From: a bacterium
GTDB lineage: Bacteria; UBA8248
Length of the DNA: 64,000 nucleotides
Direction: 5' to 3'
Assembly: GCA_965261085.1 (NCBI GenBank)
Contig: OZ253442.1
Location: 2,336,001-2,400,000 of the forward strand
The translations under genes and the position numbers were made by a program. How positions within the stretch are numbered: position 1 is the first letter of the stretch; every line of letters begins with the position of its first letter. The notes beneath the pieces are model-generated. The model saw nothing but the letters and a program-made list of their open reading frames with translations, made no database searches and was not told the origin of the DNA. Below are positions 19,938 through 29,305 of the stretch, piece after piece.

Positions 19938-20981
19938 ATGGCCATGAACGAAGCGAATGAAGAACGATTATTAAAAGACCTGAAAATTTACTATGACGCC
20001 GATGCGGATCTGAATCTGCTGCAAAACAGAAAAATCGCCGTCATCGGCTACGGAAGCCAGGGGCGCGCCCATGCGCTGAATGCACAGGACAGCGGCGCGG
20101 ATGTCGTCGTGGGTCTCAGGAAATCCTCCCCCCGCTGGAAGCAGGTCGAGGATGACGGCCTCGAGGTGATGGAAACGGCCGAAGCGGCCAAGGCGGGCGA
20201 TCTGGTGGTCATGCTCACGCAGGATCATCTTCAGCCCTCGATTTGGAACGCCGATATTGCGCCCAACATGAAAGACGGCGACGCCCTGGTGGTCGCCCAC
20301 GGCTTCAACCTCAATTACGGGCAAATCATTCCTCCGGACAACCTCGACGTCGTGATGATCGCGCCAAAGAGCCCGGGCCATACCATGCGGTTCCAGTACG
20401 AAGACGGGCGCGGCGTGCCGGGTCTCGTGGCCGTCTTTCAGGACGCCACGGGCAAGGCGAAGGACTACGCCCTGGCTTATGGAAAAGCGGTGGGCTGCGC
20501 CCGCGCCGGCATTATCGAGACGACCATCGAGGAGGAGACCGAGACGGACCTCTTCGGCGAGCAGGCGGTGCTGTGCGGCGGCATTACCGAGTTGATTCGC
20601 GTCGCGTTCGAAACCCTCGTGGAGGCGGGCTATCAGCCCGCGCTGGCGTATTTCGAGTGCCTCCACGAGGTCAAGCTCATCACCGACCTCATCTACCAGG
20701 GCGGTATCACCATGATGCGTTATTCGGTTTCCGACACTGCCGAGTACGGGGATATCACGCGGGGCAAGATCGTCATCGACGATTCGACGCGCGAGCGGAT
20801 GCGGGGGATCTTGTCCGACATCCAGACCGGAAGATTCGCCAGCGAGTGGATCAACGAGAACATGGTGAACCGGCCGACGTTCAACACGGTCGTGCGCAAG
20901 GAGAAAGAACACGACATCGAGGTGGTCGGCCGCCGTCTGCGCGCGATGATGCCGTGGATCGCGGAGCGGGAAGTGATATAA
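19938..20981 (+). CDS. ilvC: Ketol-acid reductoisomerase
   Basis: [46 protein letters not shown]. Confidence 0.97.
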   Translation: MAMNEANEERLLKDLKIYYDADADLNLLQNRKIAVIGYGSQGRAHALNAQDSGADVVVGLRKSSPRWKQVEDDGLEVMETAEAAKAGDLVVMLTQDHLQPSIWNADIAPNMKDGDALVVAHGFNLNYGQIIPPDNLDVVMIAPKSPGHTMRFQYEDGRGVPGLVAVFQDATGKAKDYALAYGKAVGCARAGIIETTIEEETETDLFGEQAVLCGGITELIRVAFETLVEAGYQPALAYFECLHEVKLITDLIYQGGITMMRYSVSDTAEYGDITRGKIVIDDSTRERMRGILSDIQTGRFASEWINENMVNRPTFNTVVRKEKEHDIEVVGRRLRAMMPWIAEREVI

Positions 20982-21004
20982 GAGGGGATTTTCGAGAAAT
21001 ACCG

Positions 21005-21040
21005 ACCGGCGGAGTTTGTGTGGCTCCGCCGGTTTTTCTT
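21005..21040 (+). terminator. Intrinsic terminator after ilvC
   Basis: ACCGGCGGAG/CTCCGCCGGT stem followed by a T-rich tail. Confidence 0.7.
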
Positions 21041-21147
21041 TGAAAAATGTTGAATGATTCGGGTGTTATGATCTCGACCTGCTTGAAAGAAACAATAAAG
21101 GGTCGTATTCTTCAAAAACGCTTTAGTTGGCCGCCGAGAGGGAATAG

Positions 21148-21624
21148 ATGAGCGTTCAGAAAATTAAATTTCTCATCGCGGGCGTAGTCATCCTGAGCGC
21201 TTTCGCCTATCTGGCCGTATCGGGGTTTCAGAGCGAGAATCTGGTGTATTTCCTCACCGTGGATGAAGTTTCGCAAAAGGCGCCGACTCTGGGTGGCCGC
21301 GGCATCAGGGTGCAGGGCAAGATCGTGCCCAAAACGCTCAAGAAAAATCCCGACGCCATGCAGCTCGCCTTCCACATACAGGGTGAGAAGGGGACCTTGC
21401 CGGTAAGTTACAAGGGAGTTCCTCCCGATTTGCTTGAAAACGGGTTTCCGGTCATCGCCGAGGGGAAGCTGGACGCCAAGGGAGTCTTGATGGCGAAAAA
21501 TCTGATGGTCGCATGCCCCTCGAAGTTCGAGGAGATGAAAGAGGCGGGTGAAAGCATACCGACGGATCACGGGGATTTGATCGAAAATGCCGCGAAGCGC
21601 AAGGAAATGCCGTCGGCTCGATGA
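21148..21624 (+). CDS. ccmE: Cytochrome c maturation heme chaperone CcmE (Cys-type, CPSKF)
   Basis: N-terminal TM, VYFLTVDE, IRVQG, YKGVPPDL, VIAEG, CPSKF. Confidence 0.85.
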   Translation: MSVQKIKFLIAGVVILSAFAYLAVSGFQSENLVYFLTVDEVSQKAPTLGGRGIRVQGKIVPKTLKKNPDAMQLAFHIQGEKGTLPVSYKGVPPDLLENGFPVIAEGKLDAKGVLMAKNLMVACPSKFEEMKEAGESIPTDHGDLIENAAKRKEMPSAR

Positions 21625-21693
21625 CCTGGAGTTCACGCAGAACGACCTGATTTCCTCTATCTTGAAAATCCGCTCCAACCCGGGGGTTTGTAG

Positions 21694-23658
21694 TTGATCG
21701 CCATTCAGTTCGGACACTACAGCTTGCTGGCGTCGCTCGTCCTGGCGGTGTTCGCCATCGGCGCCCCCGTCATCGGGGTCCGATTGCGCAGGGCCGACCT
21801 CATCGCCGCGGGGCGAAACGCCGCTGTCGGTGTTTTCTGGCTGGTGAGCGGCGCGAGCGCGGCTCTCGTCTATTTGCTCATGGCGCGCGACTACCGCGTT
21901 GAGTACGTGGCGGGACACGTCAACAACACGCTCAATGGTTTTTATCGCTTCAGTGCGTTCTGGGGAGGGCAGGAGGGAAGCCTGCTGCTCTGGCTTTTTC
22001 TTTTGTGTGTGTTTTCGTTCGTCCTCATCCGGCAAAACCGTGACAGAAACCTGGAGTTAATGCCCTATGTAACGGCCACGCTGATGGCCACGGCGTTGTT
22101 CTTCCTGATTATTCTCAATTTCGTCACTCCGCCTTTTGACACCCTCGCCACTCCGCCCGCGGATGGACGCGGCCTGAACCCTCTCCTGCAGGACTGGGGG
22201 ATGGTGATTCACCCGCCCAACCTGTATCTGGGCTATGTGGGTTTCGCCGTGCCCTTCGCCTTTTGCATCGGCGCTCTGGCGAGCGGGAAGCTCGACACCG
22301 ACTGGATTACCTCGACGCGGCGCTGGACGCTGTTCGCCTGGTTCTTCAATGGGGTCGGGATTCTGTTGGGAGGCGCATGGGCCTACAAGGAGTTGGGCTG
22401 GGGCGGATACTGGGCGTGGGACCCGGTGGAGAACGCGAGCCTCATGCCCTGGCTCGTGGGAACAGCTTTTCTCCACTCGGTGATGATTCAGGAAAAACGC
22501 GGGATGCTCAAGGTCTGGAACGTCTCGCTCATCATCATCACCTACGCCCTCACGATTTTCGGCACCTTTCTCACGAGAAGCGGCATCATCTCGAGTGTCC
22601 ACGCTTTTGCGGACTCAACGTTCGGCTGGGCGTTCCTGGTCTACCTGCTCGTGGCGCTCGTGGTCTCTTTCGGCCTGGTGATATGGCGTCTGCCCGAACT
22701 TCAGAGCGAACACGAGATGGAGAGCTTCTTCTCGCGGGAGGCGAGTTTTCTGCTCAACAACGTCGTGCTCGTCGGTATCACGTTCGCCGTCTTCTGGGGG
22801 ACGATTTTTCCGGTGGTATCGGAGGCCGTAAAGGGCGTCAAGGTCACCGTGGGGCCGCCGTTTTTCAATCAGGTGAACGTGCCGATAGGGCTTTTGCTGA
22901 TTTTTCTTTGCGGCGCGGGCCCTCTTTTCGCATGGCGCAGGACCTCACGAAAACAGATGAACAGGAGTTTCGTCTATCCTTCGGTGGTGGCCGTGGGCGC
23001 CCTGGCCGTTCTGGTGCTCTTTGGTGTTCACCACGTCTACGCGGCGCTCGCGTTCGGCTTGAGCGCGTTCGTGGTGGGAACGATCACTTTAGAGTATTGG
23101 AGAGGAATCTCCTCGCGCGTGCGTCACCAGGGGGAGAGCATCGTCCAAGCCGCGTGGGAACTCACCATGCGCAACAAGAGGCGATTCGGGGGCTACATCG
23201 TCCACTTGGGAATGGCGATATTGTTCGTAGGGATAGCGGCGTCTTCCGCCTATCAGGAGGTGGGCGAGGTGCGCCTGCGCCTGGGCGAGAGTTTCGCGCT
23301 AAACGGCGTGCGGATGCGCTATGAGGGGATTCGCGAGAACGCAACGCCGCAATACCGCTCCGCCTTCGCGCGCCTGGGCGTCTACCGGGCGGGATATCGC
23401 ATCGGGGAGGTGGAGCCGGAGAAGAGGCTCTATTTCACCCCCCCGCAGCCGACGACCGAGCCCGGCATCCGTCGCGGCGCGCGTTCGGATATTTACGCCG
23501 TCTTCGCCGAGGCGGACCCCGACGGCACGGCAACGTTCAAGTTCATGGTCAACCCGCTGGTGAACTGGGTGTGGGCGGGAGGCGTTGTATTCACGCTCGG
23601 CGCCATCATTTGCTTTTTGCCCGAGCGATGGGGCCGGCGAAGAAAAAAGCAGGCCTAG
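21694..23658 (+). CDS. ccmF: Cytochrome c-type biogenesis heme lyase CcmF
   Basis: WGGQEGS, GLNPLLQ, IHPP, WWD domain WGGYWAWDPVENASL, SVHAF, VHLG, NPLVNWVW. Confidence 0.96.
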   Translation: MIAIQFGHYSLLASLVLAVFAIGAPVIGVRLRRADLIAAGRNAAVGVFWLVSGASAALVYLLMARDYRVEYVAGHVNNTLNGFYRFSAFWGGQEGSLLLWLFLLCVFSFVLIRQNRDRNLELMPYVTATLMATALFFLIILNFVTPPFDTLATPPADGRGLNPLLQDWGMVIHPPNLYLGYVGFAVPFAFCIGALASGKLDTDWITSTRRWTLFAWFFNGVGILLGGAWAYKELGWGGYWAWDPVENASLMPWLVGTAFLHSVMIQEKRGMLKVWNVSLIIITYALTIFGTFLTRSGIISSVHAFADSTFGWAFLVYLLVALVVSFGLVIWRLPELQSEHEMESFFSREASFLLNNVVLVGITFAVFWGTIFPVVSEAVKGVKVTVGPPFFNQVNVPIGLLLIFLCGAGPLFAWRRTSRKQMNRSFVYPSVVAVGALAVLVLFGVHHVYAALAFGLSAFVVGTITLEYWRGISSRVRHQGESIVQAAWELTMRNKRRFGGYIVHLGMAILFVGIAASSAYQEVGEVRLRLGESFALNGVRMRYEGIRENATPQYRSAFARLGVYRAGYRIGEVEPEKRLYFTPPQPTTEPGIRRGARSDIYAVFAEADPDGTATFKFMVNPLVNWVWAGGVVFTLGAIICFLPERWGRRRKKQA

Positions 23659-23661
23659 AGC

Positions 23662-24270
23662 ATGGAGATTCTGGGGGTCATCATCGCTTGCGGAGCCGTC
23701 GGCACCGCTTTTTTCTACACCATCTGGCCCATCATGCGTCCCCATGCGGCCTCGGGCGTACTGCCCGATGAGGAAAACGCGCAGTCGCTTTCGAATCGCG
23801 AGTTGATGCTGCTGTTGATGGAGCGCGAGCAGGCCTACAAGAACATCATGGACATCGAGTTCGATAAGGAAATGGGAAAGCTCTCGGATGAAGATTATGC
23901 CCAGATGATGACGCCCGCCCGCGCGCAGGCGGTGGAGGTGCTCAGGCGCCTCGACGCCAGAGGGGTGAAGGAGGGGATGGCGCCCCTTCAGATGAACGAA
24001 CGCGAGGCGGCGCAGGCGGCGACCCAACTTGAGGCGAAACGTCCGTCTTCTAGGAAAGCGGACGTCAAAAAATCACCGTTGCTCGATGAGCGTTTGGAGG
24101 CGGAAATCCTGAGCTACAGAAAACAGGCGGAGAAAGCTCAGGACGATTCGCCCGATTCGGCACCTGATGAACAATCGAAAAGTATAAAACCCCGGTTTTG
24201 CGCCTCGTGCGGAATCGCCGTGGATGAAACGGATAATTTTTGCTCCGCCTGTGGGCATCAGATAAATTGA
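23662..24270 (+). CDS. CcmI-N-like membrane protein with a C-terminal zinc ribbon
   Basis: N-terminal TM, DIEFDKEMGKLSDEDY motif, FCASCG...FCSACG. Confidence 0.7.
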   Translation: MEILGVIIACGAVGTAFFYTIWPIMRPHAASGVLPDEENAQSLSNRELMLLLMEREQAYKNIMDIEFDKEMGKLSDEDYAQMMTPARAQAVEVLRRLDARGVKEGMAPLQMNEREAAQAATQLEAKRPSSRKADVKKSPLLDERLEAEILSYRKQAEKAQDDSPDSAPDEQSKSIKPRFCASCGIAVDETDNFCSACGHQIN

Positions 24271-25169
24271 AGCGCGTCGGGCCCGCTCGAATCTTTATCT
24301 TCTTGAGCTTATTCCTGCTCTGTTCCCCGCCCGTCTTCTCATACGCGGGACCGGCGAAACTCGAGGCCGCACCTCCCAGGGAAAGCGCCAAAGTCTCCGG
24401 CCCCACGACGACGGACCTGTCCCGGCTGAAGCTCAAGCGCAACATCGTCACCATCCGGCTGGATAAGGGTTTTTTCGAGTTTGTGGAGATGGTGGATTTC
24501 GAGAACGAGGGGAGCACCACCATTGTCTCGAAAGGCGGCGCCCCCACGCTGCGATTCACTTTGCCGAAGAGCAGCAACATCAGAAACCCCCGGGCGCGCT
24601 GGGGTGCAGCGCCCGCCGGGCTGGACCCTAAATTCCTCACCTCGGCTGGGGATGAACTCCAGACGAGAGAGCCCATCCCGCCGGGGCGGAAATTCATCGT
24701 CCTGCTCTATCGCCTGGAGGATGAATTCGGCGGCATCAGGGTGGAGAAGCCGATTCTCTACGACACGCCGAGTTTCGCCGTCCTGCACGAGAAGGACCGC
24801 GTGCAGGCCTCAGCACCGGACCTTTCCGTGCAGCCTGCCGTCAAGTTTCAGGACAGGGAATACAATCGCTTCGTGGGGACCGCCAGTGCGGGCACCGTGG
24901 TGCGCATCGACATGCAGGCGCCCGATTCGATGGGCGGCCTCGGGGTATTCTATATCGTGGGCGGGGTCGTGGTCGTCTTGAGCCTGGGGTTGGGACTTTA
25001 CGTTCGCAAAAAAAGGAATGCGGCCTACTCTGCCCAGGTGGAACGCGAGGAGATACTGCGCACTATCGCTTTGCTGGACGACAGGCTCTCGGCGAGAGAT
25101 ATCTCTCCCGATGAACACGCCCGGGAGCGAGCCCCGCGTTTTGAACGCTTAAAAGAACTCTCGGACTAA
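24267..25169 (+). CDS. Uncharacterised periplasmic membrane-anchored protein in the ccm operon
   Basis: TTG overlaps the previous stop. Signal peptide, beta-rich body, C-terminal TM and an EREEIL..IA.LD...IS.DE tail. Confidence 0.6.
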   Translation: MKRVGPARIFIFLSLFLLCSPPVFSYAGPAKLEAAPPRESAKVSGPTTTDLSRLKLKRNIVTIRLDKGFFEFVEMVDFENEGSTTIVSKGGAPTLRFTLPKSSNIRNPRARWGAAPAGLDPKFLTSAGDELQTREPIPPGRKFIVLLYRLEDEFGGIRVEKPILYDTPSFAVLHEKDRVQASAPDLSVQPAVKFQDREYNRFVGTASAGTVVRIDMQAPDSMGGLGVFYIVGGVVVVLSLGLGLYVRKKRNAAYSAQVEREEILRTIALLDDRLSARDISPDEHARERAPRFERLKELSD

Positions 25170-25182
25170 GAGGGCGGATGCC

Positions 25183-25887
25183 ATGCTGGAGGCTCTTGGC
25201 GTATCGAGACGATACGGATGGAGGTGGGCGCTCAAGGATTTGAACCTCGCCGTCTCCCCCGGGGAGACGCTCGCTCTTTTGGGCAAAAACGGCTCGGGCA
25301 AGACCACTCTTCTCAAGACTTTAGCCGGTTTGCTGAGGCCCACAGAGGGGGCGGTGAGAATATCCGGCCAGCCGATTTCCCGCGAGGCGAAAGAAAGAAT
25401 CGGCCTGCTCTCTCACGAGCCCATGCTCTATGCGGGGCTCACGATCCGGGAAAATCTCAACTACTTCGCCAAGCTCTTTGGCGTGGAGAGCGGAGAAATA
25501 CCGGGACGTGTGGATCTATTGGCGAAAACTCTCGCTATTTCAGAGCGTCTCGATGAGCCCGTGCGAGTCTTGAGTCAAGGACTCAGACAGAGAGCGGCGC
25601 TTGCGCGCGCGCTTTTGCACGAACCCGATATCGTGCTGCTCGATGAGCCTTTCTCCGGCCTCGACCCCGAAGCGGCCGGACGCCTGGAGAGCGTCGTGCG
25701 CGCGCTTTGCGAGCGTCGCGAACGCATCGTGGTGTTCACGACGCACGATGTATCAAAAGCTTTTGAGATAGCGCAGAGAATCGCCGTTTTGGCCGGGGGC
25801 AGGCTCGTCTATGTGGAAGATATAGAAAATACGAGCGAAGTAGAGGTGTTGGCCGCGTTCGATGAATTCACCGGAAGCTCGGCATGA
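25183..25887 (+). CDS. ccmA: Heme ABC exporter ATP-binding subunit CcmA
   Basis: GKNGSGKTT, LSQG, LLDEPFSGLD, TTH. Lies in the ccm operon next to ccmB. Confidence 0.85.
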   Translation: MLEALGVSRRYGWRWALKDLNLAVSPGETLALLGKNGSGKTTLLKTLAGLLRPTEGAVRISGQPISREAKERIGLLSHEPMLYAGLTIRENLNYFAKLFGVESGEIPGRVDLLAKTLAISERLDEPVRVLSQGLRQRAALARALLHEPDIVLLDEPFSGLDPEAAGRLESVVRALCERRERIVVFTTHDVSKAFEIAQRIAVLAGGRLVYVEDIENTSEVEVLAAFDEFTGSSA

Positions 25888-26573
25888 AGCGTTTTTTTTC
25901 CGTCCTACTCGCGGTGGTGGAAAAGGATTTGCGCCTCGAATGGCGGACGAAGGAAAGCCTCCTCGTCATGGTGGTTTTTGCGCTTTTGGTGCTCACGCTG
26001 TTTAGCTTCGCCTTCGGCCCCGGTGGCGGGAGCGGGGAGAACGCCCGCGCCGTGCAGGCGGGAGTCTTGTGGATATCGTTTTTATTCGCCTGCGTCATCG
26101 GGCTGTCACGAACCATGGGCGTGGAGCGCGAAAGCAGTGGGTTTTCGGCCATGTACGCGAGTCCGTCGGACCCCTCCGCGCTGTATCTGGGCAAAGTGGT
26201 GTCCGTGGCTGTTTTGATGGGGATAATGGAGTTGGCAGGCTTCGCCGTTTTGGCCGTTCTCTATCAAGCAGATGTATGGAAATCGACCGGTGCGCTCGCG
26301 CTCGTCGCCGTCTCCGCCACCATTGGAATCGCGGCCTCTGGCACCTTGTTCTCCGCCATGAGCACCCGTACGCGAACGCGCGAGGTCTTGCTGCCCGTTT
26401 TGATGTTTCCCGCCCTCGTGCCCGTTCTGATCGCCGCCGTCAAGGCGACCGAAGCCCATCTCGGAGGTGGTGGGTGGGCGGATTCAAGGGATTGGATTCG
26501 CTTGATGTTGGTGTATGATGTGGTATTCTTGGTGGCCGCATCGATGGTTTTTGAATATATATTAGAAGAATGA
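25884..26573 (+). CDS. ccmB: Heme exporter protein CcmB
   Basis: KDLRLEWR, GVLWI, ERESSG, LGK, REVLLPVLMFP. Confidence 0.92.
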   Translation: MKRFFSVLLAVVEKDLRLEWRTKESLLVMVVFALLVLTLFSFAFGPGGGSGENARAVQAGVLWISFLFACVIGLSRTMGVERESSGFSAMYASPSDPSALYLGKVVSVAVLMGIMELAGFAVLAVLYQADVWKSTGALALVAVSATIGIAASGTLFSAMSTRTRTREVLLPVLMFPALVPVLIAAVKATEAHLGGGGWADSRDWIRLMLVYDVVFLVAASMVFEYILEE

Positions 26574-26652
26574 TATCAATGACTTATATGAAATATATTA
26601 TGAAAATACTTTATATATCGCCGCCGTTTTGCGCCGCCGGGAGGGGGGCTTG

Positions 26653-27348
26653 ATGGATCGAAAAGAGCGGGGAGCGTTCGGGTGGCTGCCGATTCTCACC
26701 TTATGCGTTCTTGCTTTCGCCATTTTCGCGGATTTGTTCATCGCCGGCACCGACAGGCTCCAGGGGCCGCCGCAGCGGATTTTCTACATCCACGTGCCCT
26801 CGGCCTGGGTGGCGTTTTTCGCCTTTTTCCTCGTGTTCGTCTTCTCGATTAAATATCTGGTGAAAAGGAACCCGGACGACGACATCAGAGCGCATGCCTG
26901 CGCGGAGGCGGGGGTCGTCTTCTGCACGCTGGTGCTCATCACCGGACCCATCTGGGCGCGCCCTGTCTGGGGCGTATGGTGGACGTGGGACGCGCGGCTC
27001 ACTACCACGCTCATCCTCTGGATGATATATGTGGGTTATCTCATGTTGCGCGCCTACATGACCGAACCCGAACAAAGAGCGCGTTTCGCCGCCGTGATGG
27101 GGATCGTTGGTTTTTTGAACGTGCCCATCGTGCACATGTCGGTGGAATGGTGGCGCACGCTGCATCCCAAGCCCGTGGTGATACGCTCTGGCGGGTTGCG
27201 GGAATTGCCCGATTCCATGCACGTTGCGCTGTGGAGCTCCTTGTTGGCCTTTACGCTCCTGTTCGTGTGTTTCGTCAGAAAACGTGCGCAGATAGAGCGT
27301 CTGAACGTGCGGGTGGAAGAGGCGCGCGCCGCGCGGGAGGGGGGATGA
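26653..27348 (+). CDS. ccmC: Heme exporter protein CcmC
   Basis: RIFYIHVPSAW, WGVWWTWDARLT, WWRTLHP. Confidence 0.94.
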   Translation: MDRKERGAFGWLPILTLCVLAFAIFADLFIAGTDRLQGPPQRIFYIHVPSAWVAFFAFFLVFVFSIKYLVKRNPDDDIRAHACAEAGVVFCTLVLITGPIWARPVWGVWWTWDARLTTTLILWMIYVGYLMLRAYMTEPEQRARFAAVMGIVGFLNVPIVHMSVEWWRTLHPKPVVIRSGGLRELPDSMHVALWSSLLAFTLLFVCFVRKRAQIERLNVRVEEARAAREGG

Positions 27349-27479
27349 TGGGCTACGTGACGGCGGCGTACATCGTCGTATTGGGCGGGTTTGCGCTTTA
27401 TTGGTGGATTCTCAAGGCGCGGATGGATATTTTGATCCAGGAGGAGAAAAAACTTAAGCCCCAGGGAGATTCTCCATGA
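27345..27479 (+). CDS. ccmD: CcmD-like small membrane protein (44 aa)
   Basis: MMGYVTAAYIVVLGGFALYWWILKAR..., overlapping the ccmC stop and the ccmH start. Typical YV.AAY TM followed by a charged tail. Confidence 0.75.
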   Translation: MMGYVTAAYIVVLGGFALYWWILKARMDILIQEEKKLKPQGDSP

Positions 27480-27964
27480 TGCGCTTTTGGCTCGCGGTGT
27501 GTCTCGTGGCGGCTTTGAATCCGTATCAGGAGGCGCAAGCCGCGTCGCCGGGGGCAAAGACCACCTTCTCAGAAGTGGCGGGCGCCCTGATGAGCCCCGT
27601 TTGTCCGGGGAAATTACTGCATGACTGCCCGAGCAGCGAGGGAGCCCAGCTCAGAGAGCTCGTGCGCCGCAAGATATTCGCCGGGGAGACGAAAGAGCAG
27701 ATCGTCCGGTATTTCGTCGAAGTATACGGCCGGGAAGTCCTGCCGAAACCCCCGGCGGAGGGTTTTTATCTCACCGCCTGGCTTCTTCCTTTCGGGGGGC
27801 TGCTGGCGGGCTTCGGCGTGGTCTTCGTCCTGGTGAGAGCGTGGACGAGACGCCCCGAAGACGCTGAACCAAGCGGGCAGAGGGAAGAAGTTCCGCAAGA
27901 CGCCGCCTCGGATGACCCCCTGGAAAATCGCCTGAGACGTGAGCTTGGTGATTTCGAGGGTTGA
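27476..27964 (+). CDS. ccmH: CcmH-family protein (variant SPVC-x7-C instead of CxxC)
   Basis: Signal peptide, LMSPVCPGKLLHDCPS, GETKEQIVRYFVEVYG..VL.KPP, AWLLP plus TM. Confidence 0.82.
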   Translation: MMRFWLAVCLVAALNPYQEAQAASPGAKTTFSEVAGALMSPVCPGKLLHDCPSSEGAQLRELVRRKIFAGETKEQIVRYFVEVYGREVLPKPPAEGFYLTAWLLPFGGLLAGFGVVFVLVRAWTRRPEDAEPSGQREEVPQDAASDDPLENRLRRELGDFEG

Positions 27965-27996
27965 GCCGCTATTTCCCGCGAGCCGGGAGTTATTTG

Positions 27997-28680
27997 ATGA
28001 AGTACAATCCTAAAACTGAACTCGCCAGAAGTCTCGATGGACTCTCGAGGCCCCGCCGGAGCATCAAGTGGCGCCTCATCGGAATGCTGATCAGCCTCGT
28101 CCTGCTTGTTTGGGCGATGATTTATTTGGGCAATCAAGGTACGGCGCCGACGCAGGAGGTCGAGACAAAACAGGCGCAGGTAAAGCGCACGGAGCGTGCA
28201 GGCGATGACGCCGCCCTGTACCGCGACATGAGTTTTTTGAAGCAGGCGAAGCGTGCCGATGCGCCGGTTGTTTTATTGAGAACGCTGGATGGACAGAACC
28301 ATTCACTCAAGCAGTATGCCGGTAAGATCGTCCTGGTGAATTTCTGGGCGACGTGGTGCCAGCCGTGCATCCGGGAAATGCCATCGATGGAACGACTTTA
28401 TGCGAAATACAAGCCACAAGGCCTCGAGATCGTGGCGATATCGCTGGACCAGGGCAATGAGGATGATGTGCGCGAATTCGTTGCGAAGTACAAGCTGACT
28501 TTCCCCATCGTCTTAGACCCCGAGCACAAGGCGAAGGCGCTCTACAAGGTACGGGGCCTGCCGACGACGTATCTCGTGGACAGAAAAGGCCTCGTGGCGG
28601 GCTACGGCGCAGGTCCCCGCGAATGGGACAGCGAGGCCGCCTTCGCTTTGGTGGGGCACCTGCTCGATGAGAAAAGCTGA
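27997..28680 (+). CDS. TlpA/ResA/CcmG-family thiol:disulfide oxidoreductase
   Basis: TM anchor, VNFWATWCQPCIREMP, GLPTTYLVD. Confidence 0.92.
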   Translation: MKYNPKTELARSLDGLSRPRRSIKWRLIGMLISLVLLVWAMIYLGNQGTAPTQEVETKQAQVKRTERAGDDAALYRDMSFLKQAKRADAPVVLLRTLDGQNHSLKQYAGKIVLVNFWATWCQPCIREMPSMERLYAKYKPQGLEIVAISLDQGNEDDVREFVAKYKLTFPIVLDPEHKAKALYKVRGLPTTYLVDRKGLVAGYGAGPREWDSEAAFALVGHLLDEKS

Positions 28681-29275
28681 AAGTATGGACGCCTCGAAAA
28701 GTTCGAGCTCCGACCGGCGAAAGGCGAAGCGGCTGGCCGTTACGTTCATTCTGACGCCGGTGCTGCTGACGCTGCTCTGGGCGGTGGGTGAGCGCCTGAC
28801 GACCGAACACGTCGAGGAAGCGCCCGCGCCCAACCTGGAAATCGGCGACCAGGCCCCACTCTTCGTATATCCGCTCCTGGGAGGGGGGAGCACCTCCCTG
28901 ACGGGCCAGAAGAACAAGGTGGTGCTCATCAACGTGTGGGCCACGTGGTGCGTCCCGTGCCTGGACGAGATGCCGGACTTACAGCGCCTCTACGCCAGAA
29001 TGAAAAAAGAAGGTGCGCCGTTCGAGATACTGGCGGTGAGCATCGACGCCCTGGGGGCGGACGCAGTCCAAAAATTCGTCGAGCGCTTCGGCCTCACGTT
29101 CCCGATTCTTCTGGACCCGCGCGGGAGCATCAAGAAGCTCTACCGCACGACCGGCGTGCCGGAAACCTTCATCGTGGATTCGCAGGGACGTCTCTTGCAG
29201 AAAATAATCGGCGCCCGTAAATGGGACGCGCCTGCGGTCGTCAGTTACCTCAAACAAGCGGCTCGGCAGTCCTGA
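28667..29275 (+). CDS. TlpA/ResA/CcmG-family thiol:disulfide oxidoreductase
   Basis: TM anchor, INVWATWCVPCLDEMP, GVPETFIVD. Confidence 0.92.
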   Translation: MRKAESMDASKSSSSDRRKAKRLAVTFILTPVLLTLLWAVGERLTTEHVEEAPAPNLEIGDQAPLFVYPLLGGGSTSLTGQKNKVVLINVWATWCVPCLDEMPDLQRLYARMKKEGAPFEILAVSIDALGADAVQKFVERFGLTFPILLDPRGSIKKLYRTTGVPETFIVDSQGRLLQKIIGARKWDAPAVVSYLKQAARQS

Positions 29276-29305
29276 ATAAACCGAACGAGTGTCCCTTCAA
29301 AAGCA

